DNA of 63,983 nt, counting the filler, from Choristocarpus tenellus KU-1152 (lineage: Eukaryota > Protista > Phaeophyceae): assembly GCA_964200185.2 (NCBI GenBank). It is 12 parts of 12 records of this genome, joined end to end, with 100 filler letters (N's around TTAATTAATTAA, not from the genome) between each part and the next. Parts side by side here need not be neighbours in the genome. Positions count along the whole stretch, not along the records: positions 1 to 7,975 come from CAXNAD020005319.1; positions 8,076 to 14,581 come from CAXNAD020007986.1; 10 more parts are not named here. One strand, written 5' to 3'. The position numbers and the translations under genes are program-made. Every line of letters starts with the position of its first letter. Positions within the stretch are counted from its first letter, which is position 1. The notes under the pieces were generated by a model. It had not been told where the DNA came from. It did not search any database and saw nothing but the letters and a program-made list of their open reading frames with translations. Positions 1 through 12,417 of this stretch are shown here, in pieces.

Positions 1-254
1 ATGCATATATATAGTTTTCATTGGTTTCCCCCCTGACACATCTGCAAAATGTCAGAGGGTATAATAATAACAATATATAGTTTTCGTTGCTTTCTAGTTA
101 ATTAATCAATACTAATAATGGACGGACTAATCTCTGGTTTTTGACACATCTCGAAAATGTTAAGGGCATAACAATAAAATACTAGTGGACGGACCATTGG
201 TCGACACTAGTTAATTCGACACTAGTGTGTATATATGGAGAAAAACTTGTTTAT

Positions 255-1140
255 TCTCTACGGAGGGAAGAGGTCCAATAAAACAGGTGTCCAGTGACTG
301 GGTGCAGGAGGCAAAATGTCGACACCAGACATGCCTGTACCTACCCCAGGGAGGCCAGGTGCGATAAAACACCCCTATGGTGAAACGCCTCAGCCAACTA
401 TGCAAAGGGATGAGCATCCCTTGCACTACAGAAGATGGTAGCCCCCTAACTCTCTACAGGAATCTCCGCATGGATATAGTCTTACATGCAGAGGAACTCG
501 CAGACGCAGGATCGGTCCTCTACCGGGACAAAGGCCTTCAACTCGATATTACGTTCGTGGCAGTACAGGCAACCTCCCACCTCCCACTCTTATCCACCAG
601 CAATGGTGTAGCTGCAGCTGCAGCTGAGGCACGAAAACGCACCCACTACAAGGGCCCTTTTGACCCTCGTAGTTATAACCTTCACACCTTTGCGGTGGAA
701 CGTTTTGGCACTTTGGCAAGCAAGTGGGACGTTTCCTGGATGAGCTGGCTACACACGCGGTAGGGGGGAGAGGAATGGTAGGCTACAGCAGAAAAAGGAG
801 TCCTCAAATCCCGCCAACGCCAGATAATGTCAGTCACGACACAAGTAGCCCTATCTAGACGGGTCATGCGCTTTAAGCTGGAGTCACCAGAGAGATGGGC
901 AAGGAGGGATTTATTAGATTCGTGGGATGGTTCCCTAACTCCTCACCCTGGGGTACAGGAATAGGTTTAGGACACAGGAAGGCAGTAGTACAACATAGAT
1001 GTGGTAGAAAAATAGGAGATATGCTAATATTTTTCACTTTTGTGACAACTGCTACTTCTTAAGGATTTTCAGATATGTGAATAGTTTTCATTATTTTTTC
1101 CCCTGGCACATCTGCAAAATGTCAGAGGGCATAATAAATA
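255..1140 (+). mobile_element. 5'-truncated non-LTR retrotransposon, CRE-like with restriction-like endonuclease (degenerate)
   Basis: ORF 377-763 has the REL pattern RMDIV...LDITF...AAAAAEARKRTHY...FAVERFG. A frameshifted Cys/His knuckle lies upstream (GCRRQNVDTRHAC). Related copies are at 1325-1620 and 24340-25520. Confidence 0.7.
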
Positions 1141-1324
1141 ATGCTTACTAAGTAAAAAATCGTTACAAGTGGATGGGCCAATGCTTGACACTAGTTGGCG
1201 GTAGTGAACTACATCCATAAATCGTGGAGAAAAAAATCTGTATCTTAACATGCAGAGTGCAACGATAAGTTGCGATTATACATTCCGTGTAGATAGGCAT
1301 AATGTAATGTTGGTAATTTATGAT

Positions 1325-1620
1325 AAGGTGTCATGCGTTATAAGCTGGAGACATCAGAGAGATGGGCAAGGAGGGGCTTGTTAGATTCTTGAGGCGCTTC
1401 CTAACTCCTCACCCTGGGGTGCAGAAATAGCTAGGTTGGAGACACAGGAAGGCAGTGGTAAAGCTTAGCTGGTAGTAAAACAGCAAATAGATCATTTTTT
1501 TCACATTTGTGACAACTGTTGCTTTTTTAGGGATTTTTCTAACATGAGAGTAGTTTTCATTACTTTTTCCTCTCACCCATCTGCAAAATGTCAGAGGTCA
1601 GAATATTTTAAAATAAGGAG
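1325..1620 (+). mobile_element. Second, shorter 3' fragment of the same CRE-like element
   Basis: Colinear with ~860-1140 (gtcatgcg.t.taagctggag...cctaactcctcaccctggggt...gacacaggaaggcagt...catctgcaaaatgtcagagg). Further tail copies are at ~10-70 and ~135-215. Confidence 0.7.
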
Positions 1621-3649
1621 CCATTAATAGTGGACAATTAATGGTACTGAACTATATCTAGGAATCACAGAGAGAATAGCTTTTGTTTTAGCACCCTCCT
1701 TTGGGTGAAGGAAGTGGAATAAATGTTAAGAAGTTATGTGTGTCTACGGACAGAGCAAAAAGGAGTGGATTAGCCTATGCTTGAATGTAAATGGTCCCAA
1801 GCATTGTCCAGGACAAGGAACGGAGGACACAAAGCAATAGGTCCAAGAGATTGCTTGACGACGGAGGTTACAGAGCAAATCTACTCGATTTTCCGCCAGA
1901 CAACCGATGATATGAGCGCATACAACGGAGTTAGATTTTTCCTTCGTACATTAATGCATTCTTCGAAAAATTTCGTTCATCTATCAGTTTCTTTGCTTTG
2001 AAAAAAATCCGAAATGTGAAAGAACAATGAGAATTCAAATGGACCCCTCCGAGGAATTACGACTTGACCAAATTGCCACACGCACTGTTCTTAATAACAC
2101 GTTTGGTGGGAAATGAACTTGAGGATTTGCTGGAGAGCGAATGTTTCAGAGCGAATAGCACCAAGCATTCCCTTGAGACAATAGGCGTCAAGCCCAAGGC
2201 TAGTGCTAGAAACAAACGTCGTGGAGCAAATAGACTCGCGTGTTTTATGGAAGAGGACATTACAGAGTTACGGCCCACAACCTACGTTGTGGAACAATAC
2301 GTTACAGGCCAAATTGGCCGTTGATGATAACAGACTTTACAGGTAAATTTTGGAAGTAATCCTACTATTTAGCATAGCATTATCTAGTTTCTAAGGTTGC
2401 AAAATACTTTTATATATGTATTTATAGAATTTGCAGATCTCTGAATATGTATGTTTTCTTCCTCTTTTTTTGTAGTTGGCCACAGGCCGTAGCATCTTTG
2501 CATTATCTACAAACTATTGCTCAACAATCAATGAATATGCTACAACTATGCAATTTACCTTGGAAGGTATTGCTATGTGATCCGTAGTGAAGTCAAGAAG
2601 GTGTGGAACATCACCAAGTTCCCCATTGCTGAACGTGATGATTACATGTTGAAAAGAAGAGTGATCTTGTCTTACTATTATTTATGCCTCATTCATAAGT
2701 CAATGGTTATTTCAGAGTAGTTAAAATGCAGAACCAAACCCATACATAATCCGGATGTACTATTTCATTAGTAACATGACATGGAATCAATCCAATGCCA
2801 CAATCTCACATGCTCAAAACAGGGTACACAGTACTATTGTCCTATTCTACACAACCTCCATGCTCATCGAAAGTACAAATACAAGAATCACGGGAAAATA
2901 TTTTATACTACGCAGAACATATGTGCTCAAGTTTTTTGCCAGTCATCATAATCTGTTTGTGTTGTTGGATACTTTCTCAGCAAAGAAAACACCACCAAGG
3001 CTCCAGGAAGATACCTACAGTTGTAAGCCCTCTTCCTATTTCCAATCCTTCTCTAGTGCTCAAGAAACTCTTCCAAACATCTTAAAGAGGTCCCTCCCTG
3101 CTGCATGGAGTCATAGTTGAGCAAGGTAGCATTCTCACCACTCAGTGGATAAAAGGCTGGCATTTGTTTGGAGGTATGCCTGGGTTAGATCCCATATTTC
3201 TCTTCAAGGAAACTTGATCTTGATTAGTCAAAGTCCACATGACGATCACTGTGGCTTGTACACATGCACCATCTTGTCTGTCGCTCTACCAAGAAACACT
3301 GAACTAAGAACGAGATGGCAAGGCTTTGTTGCTCAGCCCCAACAAAGCAAGGACAGTAAGAGATTTGAGGGAGGAGGGGCAACAAGGTGTGGAATGGACG
3401 AGCTCAAAGCGTGAAAAGCAAGGCACGAATGAAGGGAGGCACTGAAATTAGTTGTAGTACAACAGATGTGTAGTATGGGTCAAGATACTCTCCAGTCTAC
3501 AGAGAAGATAACAAGAAAACCAATCATAGCTAAGCGAGAAACATTAAGAATTCGGTGGTAGAACCACAAGGGAGACTGATAGGCTAGTGCATTCCATTGG
3601 ACCAAAGTGGCAAATCAACTGTACCATTGATGCAAACGCAATATATCAT

Positions 3650-5400
3650 CGCATTTTGCCCCATTCACCTCAACCTTGGCCGTGTGTGTGCAGCATTTAA
3701 TGTGTTACAGGCTGAGTCAGTACAGTACTTGATGGACTGGACTAGCACTCGCAGAGGTAAAACGGACTTCATAGTACCACATCTGCGCCAAGTCCGCCCC
3801 CTTGGACAAGTCCGATCACCATTGTAGGAGTCTTCTTGATCATTAAGTATTTGGAGTAGTCTGTGACCTTGGTTTGAAGATAAGAAATAATAGTAGGTAG
3901 TATTGCTCTCCTGCTCAATTCACAGTTGGCCAGCTAATAGCACATCTCAAAAAGCTATGGCGAGAAAGCGGCCATGCATGTGTCCCAAACTTCAATCGAC
4001 AAAGTTCAATCATTCCAACTACAACCAACTTCAGGGATGACGGATTGGTACTCATAAGACAATACTACTAGCTGTGGATACTGGAGGAGAGGAACACATT
4101 CCATCCAACTGCAACCAGGTTCGAGAAGAGAACACGCAATTCCGGTGGAACCAGGGAAAAGTTCACAAAATTTGCGATTGGCCATATCTTCCAGTTCATT
4201 ATCATCATACCCCAAAATTCAGCCTGGACCTGCACCGAGAGGAGATTGAAATCAGGATGGTAAGTAGTCTGCTATTGTTAATGGTGTACGTGGTAGCTGT
4301 TGGGGAATTTTCTGCTGAGATTTCTATACAATGAATCCACTTATTGAGGCGAAATTGACACAAAGAGCCTTGTGTGTGAATGTTCGTGCTTTGCATTTGT
4401 GTGTAAGATACGCATGTATACTTTCAAGTACAACATTGAGTATAGAGAAAATCACAATCAGATAAGGGGAAGAAAACATATCAAGGGAATGGGAACAACA
4501 CACTTATAGAGTAAAGTGATCTTATTGCGAGTTGATCCAATGTGTGTCTGCCTTTCAACCACCACACCTACCCCTTCAATATTCCAAGAAATAATTGTGT
4601 GTCTGTGTGTCTGTAATGTATGTATACATACGCACGTTCACCTTGCTCTGAAAGATGGAGAGAGCAATCAATGTTCCACAACCCATAAGATCGTTGCATT
4701 GTGACTAGTTCCGGATAAATACTGTCTTCACTGTATTCTGGGCAGTATCCCAACCCACAGTCAGAGTCACTCTAAGTGCACTGTTAGGGTTATAGAATGT
4801 CTGTTATGGCCCATTGCAACACAAAGGCTTATCCTATCAGTCTACATATTGCTCGCGGTATAATACCCCTTGAAACCCTCAACAAAAATCAATATTTAAC
4901 ATTGCAGTTGCATGAGTTCTAAAGCTTTTCCCCTCTCTACTTGGACTGTAACAGCATTGCCCCTACAAGTCCACAGCAGTCTACATATCCCTTGGTAGCT
5001 TGGCTTCTCCCACTCACCTTTACAATTGCAGCTTTGCGGACATTAGATAGAGGGAAAAGCTTCCCAGTGGCTATATGTATAAGTAGTGTGTGGAATGCAT
5101 AGAAGCCACTGTTGATTATCGAGGCACCCACAGTTTGATCCACACTGACCTGTATGAGTGCCAGACCATACTTGTTCCTTACACGTGAAGAGACTGCCTT
5201 CAACTTTGTTATACTGGCACAAAATTGGGAGTGTGGTTGACGGATGAGTGCAAGCGTGGGGAGAGGTATGCTAAGGAAAAGCAGGTGGGCTACAGAAGTA
5301 AAGTCTCGGTATTGGATACAGTTGACCTCACAACACAGTTGCTTTCTCATCTCCGAATACCCAAGACAGCACATTGAAAACTAAAATACTATTATAGAAC
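3650..5400 (-). pseudogene. Highly degenerate Ty3/gypsy pol remnant
   Basis: Minus-strand fragments occur in gypsy order: protease-like ASIINSG (~5110), RT-like KTVFI...LSIFQSKVN (4635-4730) and RNase H-like HPDF (~4255). Many stops; boundaries are approximate. Confidence 0.4.
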
Positions 5401-5829
5401 TAGCACGAACATAACTACTCACATTATTCAACCAATAGTGACAAGAAATTGTCCCTATACAACCATGCCTTGTCATCAGTAATATTTTCTGCATTGCACA
5501 TTGGTGTAGAGCACATGCACAGCTCGAATTTTTTGGGGGGGGGAGAAATTGGATGAGATCAAGACGAAAGCGGGCAGCAGACATTTGACAAGGCATAACT
5601 TTGGATCCGTAGAACAGAGAACAGGCAAAATTGAAGATACAAACATTAACAGGATACAATCACCCTGCAAAATCCCCCTCTCTCATCATTATTGAAATAT
5701 TACAACTTTCATTAGACTTGTGTAATCATGCAGGATCTGTATCCTTTTGTGTAATGGTTTGTATCAATTTGTGTCGTCTTTGTTATTCTTGTACCAAATT
5801 TCTCTTCATGAGCTATTACATACTCCAGA

Positions 5830-6087
5830 GAGCCAAAGTATCTTAGAGGGTAGGGCCGCGTCTATTTGGGGGCCAAAATCCAATGCTGCAATTTCGATGT
5901 ATTTTCGGTTATTGTGTTTGCTAGGAAGTGTCAATACCCTTGTTCTGAACACACCTTTTCATAACGTATACATCTTACCTACTCTGAAACATTTCGGAGT
6001 AGGAAAATGTCATAAAAAAAACATGAGAAGCCAAGCCCCAAATGGACAAAATGGGCAAAACTCGTACCCTCTAAGATACTTTCACTC
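5830..6087 (+). mobile_element. MITE family A, full copy
   Basis: TIRs gagccaaagtatcttagagggta...taccctctaagatactttcactc, flanked by AGA/AGA (candidate 3-bp TSD). Several more copies occur in the window. Confidence 0.9.
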
Positions 6088-7975
6088 AGAGTATACGGAA
6101 AGGATAAATTAAATCCAAACCTAAAACCTAAAGCCAACACAAGAAAGGAAAGAAACAAGATGAAGTCACTGGGACATAAAAAACACGGGGTGCTGTATTT
6201 ATGTTGGTCAAAATATTATGAATCACACTGAGATCACCTTAATATTGGTACATCCCCGAAATAATAATAGGTTCATAGGTTGGAATGAGCCAAAGTAGTC
6301 AAAAGGGGGTCACTGAGGAGCATGGATCCTTACGACTTTCTGGTGGCAGTTTTGTTTCAGAGCACACTCAGCGCATTTTGTTTGTGAATACATTAAGTTT
6401 GTAGAACCAAATTATCCTTACTGATGCCTTTTTCTAATGTCTTTATCTTCTATAAACTAAGTTTGATTAACCACAAACAGGCAAAACACACACCCGTCCG
6501 GGCTACTTATACTCAATGAATCTAGCAATGCATCTAGCAATTCCTAAATCAATTATGATGATGGATGATATCTACATTTTTTCCTATTCGAGAATCGAAT
6601 CTGAAGAGTGCAGTAGTCATTGTGAGACAAAGAGTAGAGAAGAGGGATCTCACCTCTCTAAGAAGTTGAACCAGAAGTGCAAGACAACTGGTATGTACAA
6701 CCCACCAGTCAGGGTGTACAGCCCAAGTCGACACCAGTCCTGGTAAAACATTGAATAACATTCAGGTTAGAATGACTTATACAAGCACACGCGCCTTGGG
6801 AGCAAACGTCGCTGCAGTTAAAACTACAGTAGAGCATCGTACATGAGTCTAACGAAAGACCTCAGACACATACAAGATTTGCAAAACTATCGATTTCTAA
6901 ATTAACACTAATGGAAGGCAGGTGAGTTGTAGGTCAAATACATCCCAGATATGGGATCAATGTAGAATATTGGAGGCGTTCTATAAATGAAATCCTTAAT
7001 TTTGGCATCATGCTTTGTACCCCTCCTCAATCGTATTGCTTTTCTTGTGTTTTGGTAATGACAATGGTGTATTGGGAGATCCCGAGGAGGTTTATAGTAA
7101 GCACATGTATGTGTAGTAAACTAATGCCTTATTAGAGAGATACTATTCTAAGTCACAAAAAGATGTGTAAAATGGGACAATAATGACCTGGGGTGCCACT
7201 TGCCCTCTACAAGATCATCTCTACCCCTTACCATTTCCTTGTACTACTTCTGCCAGGAAAAAAATAGGTCTGGGCAGCGTTTGGGCAAATTAGATCCCTC
7301 TTCTCCATCCTACTATTTTTTATGACGGTACAGGTGACCCTGGTCAAGACCTGTCAACACCCATCTTATAATAGGGTGTATCTGAGTGTGTCTCCCGCCA
7401 AGAGACAACTGAAAAGATCTCTCCTTGACTCTTTCACAGGCAATACAAACCACCTTGGGATCCTTGTATTTAAGCATGCTCAAGGCTTGACTGATAGAGG
7501 AGGGAGAAACTAGGGCTTATCATCAAGCCAGGTAAATATGGACAGTCCAGTCAGCAGGTCAGCCCAGTTAGATTATTTTCTGAAATATACAAACCAAGTC
7601 TACCAAGTATTGGAACCTGTCTGGTCACAGACCACACAGGTTTCAATATATTGCAAATTTTTTGGACTGGTCCCTCGTACATTGTTTGCTCCAGTCCATG
7701 GGCCAGACAGGTCAAATCCAAGGTCAGCCCAAGTCCAATGGGTCAATCTGGTTGTGTCACAGGCGATATGTCTTGATGGCGGTTTCATAAACACCATTAT
7801 GACATTGAAGTTCGAGATTTGATATATTTGTACTTGATTATTTTTTTATTATTTGGTCATTATGGTCCCCGATTGTGATCGACATTGTTGATCAGTCCCT
7901 TTTTGTATCATTTTATTCACGATAATCCAAGTGAGAGATCCAGCATACTTGACGACTTGTGCATCAGGAGTCCTA

Positions 7976-8075
7976 NNNNNNNNNNNNNNNNNNNNNNNNN
8001 NNNNNNNNNNNNNNNNNNNTTAATTAATTAANNNNNNNNNNNNNNNNNNNNNNNNNNNNNNNNNNNNNNNNNNNN
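7976..8075. other. Artificial contig linker (N44-TTAATTAATTAA-N44), first of 11
   Basis: The same 100-nt spacer with a stop-rich palindromic core occurs at 7976-8075, 14582-14681, 18197-18296, 23205-23304, 26042-26141, 37115-37214, 48550-48649, 52722-52821, 55492-55591, 58446-58545 and 61354-61453. Confidence 0.98.
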
Positions 8076-8098
8076 CCCCCCCGCAGATACTTTGGGTC

Positions 8099-11000
8099 TG
8101 GACTCAATTCAACACAACAATCTCATATACACAAAATAAGGTACACCTCACTATTGTCCTATTTTGCACACTCCCCCATGAGAGTGCAGGCAATGAAGAG
8201 TTGCTGGAACTCTCAAACCTAAGACAACTTATTGTGTACACTCCCCATTCTGCACACTTGCCTATGAAAATGGAAGTAAAGGCGTCAGATTAGTTCAATT
8301 ATCACACTTATCACATTTATCTTGCCAACGCAGTATAATAGAATGCAGATTACTTCAATTTTAACACACGACATTCATCTAATCAACACAGTGTCTACAA
8401 AGTCTTCTGCCTGCTTCTTGCGTAATCTTTTGGTCAAGATGTCTGCTAGTTGGAGTGCCGTGGGAATATATTTTACTATAAAAAATCCTTTGCTAACATA
8501 TTCCCTGGTGCATTTCAGCTTGATGTCGACATGTCTTGTCCGTCCATTGAAACCTTCGGTTATCGCTGCTTGTATCGCTCCTCGATTGTCTCCATACCAA
8601 ACCGTGACCCCTTTGAGTATGCCCAGCTCCCCCAGAATTCCTCTGAGAAATATTGCATGCCTCATTCCATGCACCATTGCTGTCCATTCCGCCTCTGATG
8701 AAGATGTGATTACAGCTCCCTGCATCTTGGATTTCCATGCAACAGGTGCTCTATTGATGAGTATTAAATACCCGGTCACGCTCCGCCTTGATGCAGTGTC
8801 ATTGTCTTAAATACCCAGTCTGAGTCTCCATAACTGACCAGGCCCCCATTGTCCATTTCACCACCAGCAGGATAGTGTATCCCTACTTTTGTGGTGCCCA
8901 ATAGGTACCGTAGAACATGTTGCAGCCCTTTCCAGTGTCGATCACATGGAGATGCTGCATATCTTCCCAGTTCCCGCTCACTGTTGGATATGTCTGGTCG
9001 TGTCATCCCGGCTAGGAACATAAGTTTCCCCAGGATGGTGCGGTAGGGTTTGTGCCTCTCGTCCAGCTCCTCCTCGTCAGTTCTTCTTGCTGTCAGGTCC
9101 ATTCCTGGGTTTAGAGGTGATGAGGTATTTCGTACTTCTGCAGATCCCATTCCTTCTCGAACAATGCTCTCTGCATAGAAATGCTGGTCTAGTGTGATGG
9201 TTGATGGCTCCTGGTGGCCTATTGAGATGTCACTTGCCATGCCCATCAAACAATATGCATCATCTGTGCTTGATCTTAGCAGGTTCACTATATTCTCGCC
9301 CAGTTCTTCCGTATCTCCAGAGAGTAAGCCCCTGTAGTCGACCCTGGGTTGTTCAGCTATCCTAGCTGACATCCGTTGTCCACTAGGTGAACTAAGGGGA
9401 ATCGGATCGACCGTAATATCGGAATCCCGATCAGAGTCGTCTTCACTCTCAGAATCATCCGTCGAAGTCATGGTCTCTCTCTCCCCCACGAAGTCCATGA
9501 TGTGTTTGTCTGGCTCGAGCGTCACTTGGGCTGAGGTTACCAACTTGGCCTCTTGAGGAAGCCAGATGTGCCAGCATAATGATGTGCGATCGTGTCCCAT
9601 TATTTTACCTCTCTTGGCGTATGGGTGGAACTTTGCGCTGGCCCCTCTCTGCTGCTTGTCCTGATGAACGTAGCACTCGCTCCCCCAGGCCCGAAGTCTA
9701 TCATAATTGAAGGATTTACCTGTTAGACGCTCGCATGGCGTCTCTCCTCCGAGGTATTCATGTGGCATGCCTCCAGTCTTGAAGGCGACGTCCGTGATGG
9801 CAAAGAACCAATACTCGTCGCCCAGTCCAGCTCTTACCAGTTGACTCCTTGCTGCCCCCATGAGTTGCTTTATCGCCCTTTCGGCGATTCCGTTGCTTTG
9901 TGGTGTTCTCGGTGGAGATTTCCTCCATCGGGTACCGTTGTTCGCCAGCATCCTTTGGAACTTCACCGATCTCCCAAGCTCGCCAGCACCATCCCCACTG
10001 ATGCATTTGACTGGTATACCTTCCCTGGCCATCTGGTCGATATAAGCAGCGGTTGCGTCCGTCGCTGCGTTTTTTGTCTTCAATCCATAAACCCTCTTGT
10101 CTCTGCTGCTCTCATCGACGAACACCTGAAAATATTGATGGCCAGTGATGTCTGCTTTAAAGGTCCCGCCAAATCTGTATGGACAACCTCGCCGGGCTGT
10201 TTGGGGGTCCTGCCACCCCGTTGATAGCTTAGGGCCTCAGACTTGCATTCCTTGCAGGTCTCTCGCATTGCAGTTCTGACGCCACAGTAGCATCGGTGAT
10301 CTCCAACAGTCCACGCTTCACGAGGTTCTTGATAGCTGAAGGGTTGATGTGACCTAATATGTTATGCCAGTCCTTTAATGTCAGCCTCTGTTTTTGGTTG
10401 GCTCGTGCAGCGTTGACTCTCAATTCTTGTTCCATGTTGATTATGGTTCCAGTTAAATTTAAGAACCCCCCCGATTTTTGTAGGTTTATCTTGGGCGAAT
10501 TCTTGGAGGCCCTCAGATAACTTTCCTTTGTTCCTCAGCCGATAAATTCTCCTCCATTCCGTCGTGTACTTCCAGTACTCAATATGCGGCATGGTAGACC
10601 TGGGACCCATAGAACATCCTTCAGAACCACTCTTGTTGGTTTGCCGTCCTTGTCCATCACCATTAGAACCATATCCCCCATTTCCTTTGCTTCCAATTTC
10701 CCATTGTTTCCGAAGGTGCATGTGTGTTTGGTGTCCCGAGTACTTCTGAGATCTTCACGATCAGGTGTAAGATGTAAGTTTGCTCCAGAGTCACATAATA
10801 TCTCGACTTGTCTTCCACTGGAGGAGTTGAACACCACACTTTTGTTAACCTCCTCGTCTGCTGTTACCTTGAAACTGGAGAAGGAGCGCGCTTGGTTTCC
10901 ATCGACTCTTTTGCTGCTCCCCATGAGTTGGAGGTGGCGGAAATGTTCCGGGTGCCATCCCAGGCGGACGTGTTGCCGGCGGCTTTCCATTTAAGTATCG

Positions 11001-11158
11001 GTAGCAATTCTGCCATCGATGGTTCATCCTTAAACAGTATCCACATTGGTTTGGACTGAGGCCACTTCCAGCTGATCCTTTAGTCTTCCAAGCATGGCCA
11101 CTCTTCACATTGCCATGCATTGCTACATAATACTCCATCATGACCATTCTGCCGTCTG
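8099..11158 (-). mobile_element. Ty1/copia LTR retrotransposon, defective (left arm)
   Basis: Gag knuckle CGYCLRMNHRWQNC, protease ILCDSGAN, integrase WHNILGHIN and PQSNGIAER, RT C-terminus TRPDIS, RNase H SSSEAEW and ADILTK. Frameshifted, RT core deleted, no 5' LTR. Confidence 0.95.
8375..10125 (-). pseudogene. pol: Copia pol, mirror copy on the left arm
   Basis: ORFs 8776-10125 and 8375-8779 match the right arm except for four integrase substitutions (L/S, R/K, S/Y, F/S). Confidence 0.9.
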
Positions 11159-11195
11159 GTTGATACCATGTGGCCTATTTGCAAGACCTTGCATA

Positions 11196-12023
11196 ATGAC
11201 AGACGGCAGAGGAGCTTGGTTGGAACTAGAACGAGTCTACGGTGGACGCGCGGAGGACGAAATCCCTGTACAAGTCATCGCGTTGGAGGCAAAACTCCGT
11301 GAATTACGATGCACAGCGTCTCAAGACAGCACCGATTTTGTCGTCAAACTCGAACGACTATTTTCGGAATTCGAGGAGCTCAAGGAGCCTAAATCCGAAA
11401 ACATGAAAAGGGCATCTATACTATTTGGGATCAAGGAATCCATGCCACATGTGTTCGCGCAATTAATAACACGCCCGGACATCAGCTATGAGAAACTCAA
11501 ACGAGCAGTTATCTCGTCGACAACTTACCTTCACTCGGGTCAAGATGGACATGATGGAGTATTAGCAATGCATGGCAATGTGAAGAATGGCCATGCTTGG
11601 AAGACTAAAGGATATGTTGGAAGTGGCCTCAGACCAAACCAATGTGGATATTGTTTAAGGATGAACCATCGATGGCAGAATTGCTACCGATACTTAAATG
11701 GAAAGCCGCCGGCAACACGTCCGCCTGGGATGGCACCCGGAACATTTCCGCCACCTCCAACTCATGGGAGCAGCAACAAAGTCGACGGAAACCAAGCGCG
11801 CTCCTTCTCCAGTTTCAAGGTAACAGCAGACGAGGAGGTTAATAAAAGTGCGGTGTTCAACTCCTCCAGTGGAAGACAAGTCGAGATATTGTGTGACTCT
11901 GGAGCAAACGTACATCTTACACCTGATCGTGAAGACCTCTTAAGCAATCAGCCTCGTAACGCACATGCACCTTCGGAAACAATGGGAAATTGGAAGCGAA
12001 GGAAACCGGGGATATGGTTCTAA
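11196..12023 (+). pseudogene. gag: Copia gag-protease ORF fragment
   Basis: DGRGAWLELERVYGG gag motif, CX2CX4HX4C knuckle and DSGA protease motif, followed by a frameshift near 11950. Confidence 0.85.
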
Positions 12024-12417
12024 TGGTGATTGACAAGGACGGCAAACCAACAAGAGTGGTTCTGAAGAATGTTCTATGGGTCCCAGGTCTACCATGCCGC
12101 ATATTGAGTACTGGAAGTATAGGACGGAATGGAGGAGAATTTATTGATTCAGGAACAAAAGAAAGTTATCTGAGGGCCTCCAAGAATTCGCCCAAGATAA
12201 ACCTACAAAAATCGGGGAGGTTCTTAAATTTATTCGGAACCATAATCAACATGGAACAAGAATTGAGAGCCAGCGCTGCACGAGCCAACCAAAAGCAGAG
12301 GCTGACATTGAAGGACTGACATAACATATTAGGTCACATCAACCCTTCAGCTATGAAGCACCTCGAGAAGCGTGGACTGTTGGAGATCACCAATGCGACT
12401 GTGGCGTCAGAACTGCA

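Noticed and set aside
5830-6087. MITEs A and B as Transib/RAG-like elements
   Set aside because: The termini are GAG/GGC/GAC rather than CAC and no 5-bp TSD is seen. The 12/23 resemblance is only architectural.
8020-8031. Recurrent TTAATTAATTAA palindrome
   Set aside because: It is always centred in N44 runs, so it is an assembly linker and not biology. ORFs ending in XXXLIN are artefacts.
8322-8810. Antisense ORFs over copia pol (8322-8810, 13847-14335, 9760-10224 and others)
   Set aside because: They are shadow frames of the retroelement coding strand, duplicated only because of the palindrome.
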